NCBI GenBank assembly: GCA_034436915.1 | Contig: DAOTUR010000700.1 | Span: forward strand, 1-33,089 | Direction of reading: 5' to 3' | Source: Anaerolineae bacterium | GTDB lineage: Bacteria; Chloroflexota; Anaerolineae; Aggregatilineales; Phototrophicaceae | DNA length: 33,089 nt | In this document: piece after piece, positions 8,016 to 16,142 of the stretch | Layout: every line of letters begins with the position of its first letter | How positions within the stretch are numbered: the first letter of the stretch is position 1 | Program-made: the position numbers and the translations under genes | Notes under the pieces: model-generated | What the model saw: the letters and a program-made list of their open reading frames with translations, nothing else | The model's database searches: none | What the model was told of the DNA's origin: nothing

Positions 8016-9932
8016 ATGAATGCAGATACCTTGTTTGCGACAATCCTTCAAACAGCCAATGAAATCCTCACGTCGGCGACGGTGATTATCGCTGTCTCGC
8101 TGCTGCTGTATAACCTCACGCGCAATCTCCGCAATCGAGTGGCACGGTCATCGGGGCTGGTGCTGGCCTTCGTCACATTTCCTTATGTGTGCGATTCCTT
8201 CCTGTCGCTGCAACCCTCTCCCGATGTCTATGCCGCTGCCCTGCGCTTGCAGTGGATCGGCATCGCCTATGTTCCGGCGGCGCTCTTTCACCTGTCTGAT
8301 GCCCTCCTCGCCACCACCGGACTGCCCTCGCGGGGGCGGCGGCGGCGCGTGGTACGGCTGCTCTATCTGATCAGTTCGGTGTTTCTGGCGGCGGCGGCAG
8401 GCACAAATCTCGTGATTGATCCGGTACGCCTGGGAGATCGCTACAGCAGTCGCAGCGGAGAGTTCTTCTGGCTGTATATCCTCTACTTCCTTATTATCAG
8501 CGCCGCTGTCTTCATCAATTTGCAGCGAGCACGCCGCCGCTGCCTGACGCGCAGTACCGCCCGCCGCATGGCCTATTTGCAACTGGCGATCCTCACGCCT
8601 TCGCTTGGCGTATTCCCCTTCTCGGCGCTGCTCAATCCAGGGGCTGAGTTTTCGATTCCGGCGCTGCTGCTGGTAAATATCGCCAATATCATCATCATCG
8701 TGATGCTGATCTTCCTGTCCTATCCGCTATCGTTCTTCGGCTCCAGCACGCCGGATCGCGTCGTCAAGATCAATTTGCTGCGCTTCCTGCTGCGCGGCCC
8801 CGGTACGGGCTTGCTGGCGCTGGCGACCATCATCCTCACCCAGGATGCGACCCGTATTCTGGGCCTGCTCGGACAGGATTTCATGCCCTTCGCCGTCGTC
8901 ACGATGGTGCTGCTGTGGCAGTGGACGATTGCGCTGGTCATGCCCTGGTTGGAGAAGGTGCTGGTTTATGGCCGCGAGACGGAAGAAGAGATCACGCGGC
9001 TGCAAGCCCTCACCGAACGCATCCAGACGCAAACCGATCTTGAGCAGCATCTTGAGGGGACACTCAGCGCTTGCTGTGATTTGCTCCGTACCGAGGTGGC
9101 CTATGTGCTGGCGATGCGCGAAGATGGCTTAGAAATCACGCAGACGGTTGGGGAACCACGCCTGACGCTCAATATGCTGCTGTCGCGTCGCGCCGAATTT
9201 GAGGCATTTCTCGCCCCCGTATTGCCAAGAGCGGAGCGGCCTACTTACATCTGGGAGGGCGCACCCGTCTTCCCGCTGTTCAACCGCCGCACAGGAAACG
9301 AAAGCAAGGCGATTGGTCTGCTCGTCATCGAAACAACGCCCAATCATCTGCGCCTGGAAAAAGAAGAGCGCGAGATGCTCCAGCAGTATCTGCTGCGGAT
9401 TGAGCAGACGCTGGATGATCTGACGCTGTATACAGAAATCTTGGCAGCGCTGGAAGGTCTTCTCCCCCAAATCAGCAAGTCAACACGCGATGGTGATGTG
9501 TATCGTCCCGGAACTGAGCGCAAACTCCCGCTGCATCTGCCCGACAAAGAAGAACTGTATGAACAGGTTCACGCCGCGCTCAAGGATTACTGGGGCGGCC
9601 CTGGCATGGCAAAGAGCCGCCTGATGGATTTGCAGATTGTTCAGGGAGCCATGCAAGTCACAGACAATCCTATCAATGCGCTGCGGAGCGTCCTACAGCA
9701 GGCGGTTGAAAGTCTGCGGCCTCTCAGTGAACGCGCTATGAGCAGCCCAGAGTGGACACAGTATAACATCGTTCAACTCCGCTATCTGGAGGGCCGTACT
9801 GTACGCGATGTTGCTCTGCGAATGAATATCAGCGAGGCCGATTTGTACCGCAAGCAAAAACGTGCGATTGAAACCATCCGAGACACGCTTCTGCGGATGG
9901 AATCGTCGCTCCAACAGCATCGGACACTATAA
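8016..9932 (+). CDS. Polytopic membrane protein (7TM sensor-like N-terminus) with a GAF-like middle domain and a C-terminal sigma-70 region-4/LuxR-like HTH
   Basis: The first ~330 aa contain about 7-9 hydrophobic helices. The middle segment (LSACCDLLRTEVAYVLAMREDG...AIGLLVIETTP) resembles GAF. The C-terminus (QYNIVQLRYLEGRTVRDVALRMNISEADLYRKQKRAIETIRDTL) resembles ECF-sigma region 4.2. Confidence 0.7.
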   Translation: MNADTLFATILQTANEILTSATVIIAVSLLLYNLTRNLRNRVARSSGLVLAFVTFPYVCDSFLSLQPSPDVYAAALRLQWIGIAYVPAALFHLSDALLATTGLPSRGRRRRVVRLLYLISSVFLAAAAGTNLVIDPVRLGDRYSSRSGEFFWLYILYFLIISAAVFINLQRARRRCLTRSTARRMAYLQLAILTPSLGVFPFSALLNPGAEFSIPALLLVNIANIIIIVMLIFLSYPLSFFGSSTPDRVVKINLLRFLLRGPGTGLLALATIILTQDATRILGLLGQDFMPFAVVTMVLLWQWTIALVMPWLEKVLVYGRETEEEITRLQALTERIQTQTDLEQHLEGTLSACCDLLRTEVAYVLAMREDGLEITQTVGEPRLTLNMLLSRRAEFEAFLAPVLPRAERPTYIWEGAPVFPLFNRRTGNESKAIGLLVIETTPNHLRLEKEEREMLQQYLLRIEQTLDDLTLYTEILAALEGLLPQISKSTRDGDVYRPGTERKLPLHLPDKEELYEQVHAALKDYWGGPGMAKSRLMDLQIVQGAMQVTDNPINALRSVLQQAVESLRPLSERAMSSPEWTQYNIVQLRYLEGRTVRDVALRMNISEADLYRKQKRAIETIRDTLLRMESSLQQHRTL

Positions 9933-9957
9933 GTGAACACCACTTTAGACACGATAT

Positions 9958-9987
9958 TTGACATCACCATTCAATCAGCCCTATAAT
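9958..9987 (+). promoter_or_regulatory. Near-consensus sigma-70 promoter for the S1-domain gene
   Basis: A perfect TTGACA (9958-9963), an 18-nt spacer, then a perfect TATAAT (9982-9987), about 88 nt upstream of the ATG at 10075. Confidence 0.55.
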
Positions 9988-10074
9988 TTTGACGTGCATT
10001 ACGAGAGATGTTGTGATGTTAATTTCTAATGTTGTGATAAACGCAAATGTTGTTAGGAACATAGGGGGATACGT

Positions 10075-11031
10075 ATGGCAGCCACGCTTAAACATGAAGA
10101 CTCACACCGAAACAATTCAGGGGCTATCGATGAAGGGTATTGGGCTGCGCTCCTCAATGAGGGCGAGTATGCTCACGCCCCTGATGCGCCATCCAAGCCC
10201 GCCGCAGCCACCTTTTCCTCTGAGATTACGGATACGACGCAAGAGGATTGGACGGCGATTGACGATCTGATGCAGCACGACGAAATTCTGGAACTTAAGG
10301 TGATTGGTTACAATCGGGGCGGTCTGCTGGTGGAATGGCGCTCGCTGCGTGGCTTTGTGCCTGCTAGTCAGCTCATGTCATTTATGCCAGACGGACGCGA
10401 TGAAGCCCGCCGCAACGCCCTCGTGGAGCGTGTTGGCACATGGCTGTCGCTGCGCGTGATCGAACTTGATGCCCCTAAGAATCGGCTTATTCTGTCGGAA
10501 CGCGCCGCAATGGTGCAGTCAGGCACGCGGGCTGAGATTTTACGCAGGCTTCAGCCGGGGACGCGCACACACGGCACAGTCACAAATCTGTGTGATTTTG
10601 GCGCGTTCATCGATCTGGGCGGTGTGGAGGGCTTGATCCATATCAGCGAATTGAGTTGGGGCCGCGTGGGACACCCTGTCGATTTGCTGGAACGCGGCCA
10701 GATGGTCGAAGTGTATGTGCTCGAAGTTGATCCCGATCAAGCGCGGGTCGCTCTCAGCCTCAAGCGCCTGCATCCTGATCCCTGGGCCACCGTGCAGGAA
10801 CGCTATCATGTGGGCGAAATCGTCCAGGGGCACATCACCAATGTGGTTGATTTTGGGGCGTTTGCCTGCATTGAACAAGGATTAGAGGGACTCATTCATT
10901 TCTCGGAGCTGGCGGAAGGGCATTTTTTGCATCCGCGCAACGTGGTGTCCGAAGGCGATGTGGTTCATGCCCGCATCCTCACGATTGATGGGCGAGCGCG
11001 GCGCTTGGGCCTCAGCTTGCGGACGCAGTAG
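10075..11031 (+). CDS. S1 RNA-binding domain protein (ribosomal protein S1-like, three S1 domains)
   Basis: Three S1/OB repeats are visible: ILELKVIGYNRGGLLVEWRSLRGFVPASQL, GTRTHGTVTNLCDFGAFIDLGGVEGLIHISELSW and GEIVQGHITNVVDFGAFACIEQGLEGLIHFSELAEG. The SD sequence AGGGGGA lies 5 nt before the ATG. Confidence 0.85.
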   Translation: MAATLKHEDSHRNNSGAIDEGYWAALLNEGEYAHAPDAPSKPAAATFSSEITDTTQEDWTAIDDLMQHDEILELKVIGYNRGGLLVEWRSLRGFVPASQLMSFMPDGRDEARRNALVERVGTWLSLRVIELDAPKNRLILSERAAMVQSGTRAEILRRLQPGTRTHGTVTNLCDFGAFIDLGGVEGLIHISELSWGRVGHPVDLLERGQMVEVYVLEVDPDQARVALSLKRLHPDPWATVQERYHVGEIVQGHITNVVDFGAFACIEQGLEGLIHFSELAEGHFLHPRNVVSEGDVVHARILTIDGRARRLGLSLRTQ

Positions 11032-11119
11032 ATCTTTTTGCTGGTGATGACACGGGAGGCTGCGTACTCATGACGCAAAGAGATGTTGGCTTGTCAAATC
11101 CGTCCCAAGATATTCCTTC

Positions 11120-11191
11120 GTAGGGGCGCAGCGTGCTGCGCCCAATTACGCCCGATGCCTACATCAAGGGCGCAGCGTGCTGCGCCCCTAC
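11120..11191. repeat. Pair of GTAGGG/CCCTAC-capped GC-rich palindromes (REP-like)
   Basis: GTAGGGGCGCAGCGTGCTGCGCCC (11120-11143) and AGGGCGCAGCGTGCTGCGCCCCTAC (11167-11191) share the identical self-complementary core GGGCGCAGCGTGCTGCGCCC. They lie downstream of the S1 gene stop. Confidence 0.7.
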
Positions 11192-11336
11192 GACAATCCC
11201 ACCTCTACGAGTACGCCGACATATCGTCACAAACCACCCTCCCACTTTGACCTTTCCCCAGACTTGACTATACTTGCCTGTGAGTGTGATACATTAAAAT
11301 AAGTACATATGTTCGATTTCTCTGTGAGAATTGACG

Positions 11337-13919
11337 ATGGCAGGCGAAACCACGAAAACCAATCAGAAAACGCCTTCCCTTGAGACGGCCACCCCCGCCC
11401 CTGCGCCAACTGCACAGGAGCCTGTGAAAAAAACGGCGACAGCCCCTAAAACGCTGCCACTGGTGGAGCTTCCGCCCGATGTGCCTGATCACACCGCCGG
11501 ATATTCCTTGCTGGATGACCTGCGTGACAGCCTCCCGCCCTGGCTGGATGAACTGGTAGCGATCTCGCTGCTGCTGTTTGGCGTACTGTCGTTTGTGGCG
11601 CTGCTGTTTCCGCCGGGCGCTGTCGTCGCACGGGCATGGGCCGAGATTCTCATGAGATTATTCGGCTGGGGCAGCGTGCTGGTGGCCGGGGGCATCTTTG
11701 CAATGGGCGTCGTCCTGCTGCTGCCGCGTGTGGGCGTCGTGATTCGCTTCTCTGCCGGGCGCATCCTGGCAATGGAAGCCACATTTTTGTGCCTGCTGGC
11801 GCTGATGCATGTGGCACAGATGGATATGGAACTGCGGGCGCTGGCACGGGCCGGTGCGGGTGGCGGCCTCATCGGGTGGGGCTTGACGGTGGGGCCTGCG
11901 ATGCTGCTTGGGCGCACGCTCACCATTTTCATTTATGGGACGCTACTGTTTTTCAGTCTGGCGGCAGTCCTGGGCATCAATCGCGCCTATCTCATTAATC
12001 TGCTGAGTCGCAATGGCCGCAAATTGCAGGCGTGGGGCCAGAAACTGCGTGGCTCCGCGCAGCCGATGGTCGTTCCGGTTGCGCCGCTGGCCCCACAGCG
12101 CACGTCATTGTTTCGCATTCGGCCTGATCATGCCCGCCTGCCGCCCTCACTGCGTCCGGGCGCTCCTGGCCCGCGCTCCACCAAAGAGGAGGAAGCCGCC
12201 ATCATCCGCCATCCCCTGTTCAATACGAAGGGGCACGAGATGAAGGTTGATATCAACCTCGTCGGAGAGCCAACGGGCAAGCGCGATTCGGGCGGCTATG
12301 CCATCGTGCGCCGCCCGGATGGACGCGAAAAACGCTACTTCGCCATGAATGAGTTGCAAGAGACGAAGAAGATCATCAAGCGCGAGAAGCCGCTGCCTGC
12401 GATGGATCTCTTGACCGATATTGCGCTCAATGCGCCGGATGAGGGTGAGATCAATCACACCGTCGTACTGATCGAAAACACGCTGCTGGAATTTGATGTC
12501 GATATTGATGTCATCGATGTGCAAGTCGGGCCGACTGTCACGCGCTATGCCTTGCAGCCCTTCCGCGCCAATGATGATGGCGTGGTGGATCGCACACGTT
12601 TGAGCAAAATCGCCTCCTATGTCAACGATCTGGCGCTGGCATTGTCGGCCAAGCGCCTGCGTATGGAACTGCCTGTCCCTGGCACAACCTATATGGGCAT
12701 CGAAGTGCCGAACAAGAACCCCAGCACAGTCGCGCTGCGCTCGGTGATGGAGAGCAAGGTGTATGCGGATCAACTGGCCAAGACCAATGCGCCGCTGCTC
12801 GTGCCGTTGGGCCGCGATGTGTCGGGGCAGCCAATTTACATGGATATCGCCAAGATGCCGCATATGCTGATCGCAGGCACAACTGGATCGGGCAAATCGG
12901 TATGCATCGCGGCACTGGCGGCGGCGCTACTGCTGAACAACGGCCCCGAACGCTTAAAGCTCGTGATGCTCGATCCGAAGATGGTGGAACTCAGTCGCTT
13001 CAACGGGCTGCCCCATCTCATCGGCCCGGTGGAGACGGATACCGAGCGCATCATCGGCGTGCTCAAGTGGTGTACGCAGGAGATGGATCGGCGCTACAAG
13101 CTGCTGGAAGAACATGCCGTCCGCAATATCGATAACTACAATGCCAAATTTGGTACACGGCGGCGCGGCAAGGATTACATGCCGCACATCGTCATCCTCA
13201 TCGATGAAATTGGTGATTTGATGATGAGCCGCCCCGAAGAGACCGAAACGGCGATCACTCGTCTGGCGCAGATGGCCCGCGCTGTCGGAATGCATCTGGT
13301 GGTGGCAACGCAGCGGCCCAGTGTCGATGTCATCACCGGGTTGATCAAAGCCAACTTCCCTGGCCGCATCGCTTTCTCTGTCGCCTCCAATATCGACTCC
13401 CGCGTCATCCTCGATTCGTCGGGGGCGGAGGCGCTGTTGGGTCACGGCGATATGTTGTATCTCGCGCCCGATGCAGGTGCGCCGCGCCGCGTGCAGGGCT
13501 GCTACGTCAGCGATGAAGAGGTGCGCTCTATCGTCAAGCACTGGATTGACTGGGCGCGTACTGCCCCACAGCCCGACACTGACCCCGCGCCCAATGCCCC
13601 CTGGGAGCGCGGCCTAACACGGCGCGAACTGCTGGCCGAAACCGATCCGATGCTGGAAGCGGCGATTGAATACGTCGTCGAATCGCAGGAGGCATCGGCC
13701 TCGCTGTTGCAGCGCAAGATGGGCCTGGGTTATCCGCGTGCGGCCCGCCTGATGGATCTGCTCGGTGAGTTGGGCGTTGTGGGCGAAATTGTCGGCGGCG
13801 GGCGGGCGCGGCGCGTGCTGATTGCGAAGGGTGAAGACCCCTTCAAACGCATCCTCGATAAAAGGCTGGACGCACAGAAATTTGTGCCGCCGCCCGACGA
13901 TGAGCCTGAAGAGGAATAG
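11337..13919 (+). CDS. ftsK: DNA translocase FtsK/SpoIIIE
   Basis: There are N-terminal TM helices and a Pro/Ala-rich linker. Walker A is GTTGSGKS, Walker B is IVILIDEIGDLM, and VATQRPSVDVITG is present. The gamma winged-helix domain is ASASLLQRKMGLGYPRAARLMDLLGELGVVG. ATG 11337 is preferred to TTG 11331. Confidence 0.92.
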   Translation: MAGETTKTNQKTPSLETATPAPAPTAQEPVKKTATAPKTLPLVELPPDVPDHTAGYSLLDDLRDSLPPWLDELVAISLLLFGVLSFVALLFPPGAVVARAWAEILMRLFGWGSVLVAGGIFAMGVVLLLPRVGVVIRFSAGRILAMEATFLCLLALMHVAQMDMELRALARAGAGGGLIGWGLTVGPAMLLGRTLTIFIYGTLLFFSLAAVLGINRAYLINLLSRNGRKLQAWGQKLRGSAQPMVVPVAPLAPQRTSLFRIRPDHARLPPSLRPGAPGPRSTKEEEAAIIRHPLFNTKGHEMKVDINLVGEPTGKRDSGGYAIVRRPDGREKRYFAMNELQETKKIIKREKPLPAMDLLTDIALNAPDEGEINHTVVLIENTLLEFDVDIDVIDVQVGPTVTRYALQPFRANDDGVVDRTRLSKIASYVNDLALALSAKRLRMELPVPGTTYMGIEVPNKNPSTVALRSVMESKVYADQLAKTNAPLLVPLGRDVSGQPIYMDIAKMPHMLIAGTTGSGKSVCIAALAAALLLNNGPERLKLVMLDPKMVELSRFNGLPHLIGPVETDTERIIGVLKWCTQEMDRRYKLLEEHAVRNIDNYNAKFGTRRRGKDYMPHIVILIDEIGDLMMSRPEETETAITRLAQMARAVGMHLVVATQRPSVDVITGLIKANFPGRIAFSVASNIDSRVILDSSGAEALLGHGDMLYLAPDAGAPRRVQGCYVSDEEVRSIVKHWIDWARTAPQPDTDPAPNAPWERGLTRRELLAETDPMLEAAIEYVVESQEASASLLQRKMGLGYPRAARLMDLLGELGVVGEIVGGGRARRVLIAKGEDPFKRILDKRLDAQKFVPPPDDEPEEE

Positions 13920-13932
13920 CTTTGGCGATTTT

Positions 13933-14000
13933 GTAGAGGCACGATATATCGTGCCCCCGCCTCTCTATAATTTGCAGTAGAAGCACGATGTATCGTTGCC
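13933..14000. repeat. Two tandem AT-core variants of the GTAG-capped palindrome
   Basis: GTAGAGGCACGATATATCGTGCCC (13933-13956) contains the stem GGCACGATAT/ATATCGTGCC. A degenerate copy, GTAGAAGCACGATGTATCGTTGCC, lies at 13977-14000. Both sit between the ftsK stop and the glycosyltransferase start. Confidence 0.55.
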
Positions 14001-14031
14001 CTGCCTTTCCACCTTTACACAGAAAGATTTT

Positions 14032-15018
14032 ATGCCCCCATCCGTCAATTTTTACCCGATTCTGGGCTTCAATCCGTATCAGGGTGCGGGACGGCTGGCC
14101 CTGGGCATCGTCAAAGGGCTGGAGTCCAACGGCATCAGTGTGCGAATATATCCTAACATCCATGCCCCGACGCTCGTGTTTGGCTATGCCCAGGCGTTTG
14201 ACGCCCCTCACATCGCCCATACGCGCCGCACTGCCTACACGCTGATGGAATCCAGCCAGCCCGCAAAAGCCCTGGTCGAGGCATTGAATCGCCATGTCGA
14301 GCGCGTATTCGTCCCCTGCCCGCCCACTGTCGAGAGCTATCAGGCGCATGGGGTGATCGTTCCTGTCCATGCTGTGCCTGTGGGGATCGATTTGTTTGGC
14401 GTGCCTGAGCCGAGTACACAGGTCGGCACGCACGAGATGTTTACGTTCATGACGTACAGCTATGGCGAGTTTCGCAAAGGGGCCGATGTCGTTGTCAAAG
14501 CCTTCATCCAGCATTTCGGCAATGACGAGCGCTTTCGCCTGCTAATTAAGGCGCGGGAGGGGCAAATTGGCTGGCTGGCGCTGGTCGATCATCCGCGTAT
14601 TCAATTCATCTCAGGCTATCAATCGGAAGACGATTGGTTCAATGTGCTGCGCCAGGCCGATTGCTTCGTCTTCCCGTCCCGCGCTGAGGGATGGGGGCTG
14701 CCGCCGCGTGAGGCCACCCTGCTCGGCATCCCCACAATTGCGACGCAGTGGTTGGGCATGTGGGATGTCGATCAATGGGGCATTCCGCTGCCTGTGACAG
14801 AAACACGGCAATGCGAGTTTCGGCTCAATCCCTATAACGCCGATGATGCCCTGTGGGTGGAACCGGATGTTGAGCAGGTGGCCGAGCGGATGCAGTGGGT
14901 TGTCGATCATCCGCTTGAGGCGCGGCAAATCGCGCAGGCGGGCCGCGAGTATCTGCTGAAAAATTTCACCTGGGCACAGGTGGGGGCGCAAATCGCAGAG
15001 TTGATGGGGATTTTTTAG
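14032..15018 (+). CDS. Glycosyltransferase, GT-B fold (GT1/GT4-like)
   Basis: The C-terminal donor-binding motif is FVFPSRAEGWGLPPREATLLGIPTIAT (E-x7-E). ATG 14032 (MPPSVNFYPILG) is preferred, because the ORF-track start at 13996 lies inside the palindromic repeat. Confidence 0.8.
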   Translation: MPPSVNFYPILGFNPYQGAGRLALGIVKGLESNGISVRIYPNIHAPTLVFGYAQAFDAPHIAHTRRTAYTLMESSQPAKALVEALNRHVERVFVPCPPTVESYQAHGVIVPVHAVPVGIDLFGVPEPSTQVGTHEMFTFMTYSYGEFRKGADVVVKAFIQHFGNDERFRLLIKAREGQIGWLALVDHPRIQFISGYQSEDDWFNVLRQADCFVFPSRAEGWGLPPREATLLGIPTIATQWLGMWDVDQWGIPLPVTETRQCEFRLNPYNADDALWVEPDVEQVAERMQWVVDHPLEARQIAQAGREYLLKNFTWAQVGAQIAELMGIF

Positions 15019-15080
15019 GGCAAGACGGGCGAGATATGCCTATGGTTAAAGATGAACGGTTGATTTTTGGATAAAACGGC

Positions 15081-15189
15081 GGACGAGGCGGGCCTCGTCC
15101 CTACTCTTTGTAACCCGTAGGGGCGGCAGCGTGCTGCGCCCTTGATATAGCGGCATAATTGTAGGGCATGGCGCTCCATGTCCCTACAA
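15081..15189. repeat. Cluster of three capped palindromes between convergent genes (likely bidirectional terminators)
   Basis: The three copies are GGACGAGGCGGGCCTCGTCCCTAC (15081-15104), GTAGGGGCGGCAGCGTGCTGCGCCC (15117-15141) and TTGTAGGGCATGGCGCTCCATGTCCCTACAA (15159-15189). The middle copy has the same core as 11120-11191 with one extra G. Confidence 0.6.
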
Positions 15190-15213
15190 TTTGTCAGGTT
15201 GTTTTAATACTTC

Positions 15214-15897
15214 TCACATCAGCAGGGTTTGCTGCGGGGGGCTGTTTGGTTCAAGCAGATTGGGCTGATCGACCCGCGCATTGTTCACCAGCGTCGACAC
15301 CTCATAAGTGTGCATGTGCTCTGGCGGATACGGCGTCAGCATATTCTTCAACACGGGCAGCGGCGTCTCGTCATCCAGCCAATCGCTGTATTGATCGGGC
15401 GGCAGAATCACGGCCATACGATGATGCATGGTCTTGATCAGGTCATTGGGTTCGCCCGTGATGATGGTACAGGAGAACACCATCTCACCAACGGGATTCT
15501 TCCAGGTCTCCCACAGTCCGGCAAAGGCGAAGACCTCGCGCTCATCCAGATAGATGTACTGAGGCCGCTTTTTATCGCCATCCTTGCGCCATTCATAAAA
15601 GCCATCCGCCGGAACCAGACAGCGGCGCTTCTTGAAGGCCGAGCGGAACGATGGTTTCTCTTCAATCGTCTCCGACCGCGCATTGATGAGCATACTCGCG
15701 CCCGATTCGTCCTTCGCCCACGAGGGAATCAGCCCCCACTTCACCCAGGTCAGGCTATCGCGGGCCTCTCCGGTGATGATCGGAACCATCTGCGTGGGCG
15801 CAATGTTATAACGCGGCGTCAAATTCGGCACGGCTTTGAGTTGAAACGCCATCTGGACAGCTTCGGGAGAAGCCGTGAGCGTATAACGTCCGCACAT
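15214..15897 (-). CDS. yedK: SOS response-associated peptidase (SRAP/DUF159, YedK/HMCES-like abasic-site processing protein)
   Basis: The protein starts MCGRY (catalytic Cys2). It also carries YNIAPTQ, LINARSETIEEKPSFRSAFKKRRCLVPADGFYEW and MHHRMAVIL, all hallmark SRAP motifs. Confidence 0.9.
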   Translation of the reverse strand: MCGRYTLTASPEAVQMAFQLKAVPNLTPRYNIAPTQMVPIITGEARDSLTWVKWGLIPSWAKDESGASMLINARSETIEEKPSFRSAFKKRRCLVPADGFYEWRKDGDKKRPQYIYLDEREVFAFAGLWETWKNPVGEMVFSCTIITGEPNDLIKTMHHRMAVILPPDQYSDWLDDETPLPVLKNMLTPYPPEHMHTYEVSTLVNNARVDQPNLLEPNSPPQQTLLM

Positions 15898-15899
15898 GG

Positions 15900-16139
15900 T
15901 TATTTCTTCCGGGGCCGATTGCTCTCCGCGATCTGACGAACTAACGTAATCGCAGACAAGGCGATGCCAATCATGGCCGGGGTCGAGATTTCCTGTTTTT
16001 CTCCATCATCAGCTTCATCCGCCGAACGATTGAACAGATAAGCACTGACCATGCCCATCAACCCGCCAAACAGCAGGCCCATCAAATAGTTACGGTTGCG
16101 CCACGAGTCATCCCCGCGGCGCGGAGTCACGTTGAACAT
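15900..16139 (-). CDS. Small membrane protein (79 aa), YtxH-like N-terminus
   Basis: A hydrophobic Gly-rich helix (YLMGLLFGGLMGMVSAYLF), an acidic linker and a second helix (PAMIGIALSAITLV). It sits 2-3 nt from both neighbours, which suggests an operon. Family resemblance is weak. Confidence 0.5.
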   Translation of the reverse strand: MFNVTPRRGDDSWRNRNYLMGLLFGGLMGMVSAYLFNRSADEADDGEKQEISTPAMIGIALSAITLVRQIAESNRPRKK

Positions 16140-16142
16140 GCG

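Noticed and set aside
9989-10270. A 93-aa + strand ORF spanning the S1 gene leader and start.
   Set aside because: It is out of frame with the well-supported S1-domain CDS and has no motifs. Its apparent coding potential comes from the repeated ATGTTGT boxes.
15229-15936. A 235-aa + strand ORF covering the same DNA as the SRAP gene.
   Set aside because: The minus-strand frame carries every hallmark SRAP motif (MCGRY, NARSET, PADGFYEW, HHRM). The + strand product has no motifs and would run through the convergent terminator cluster.
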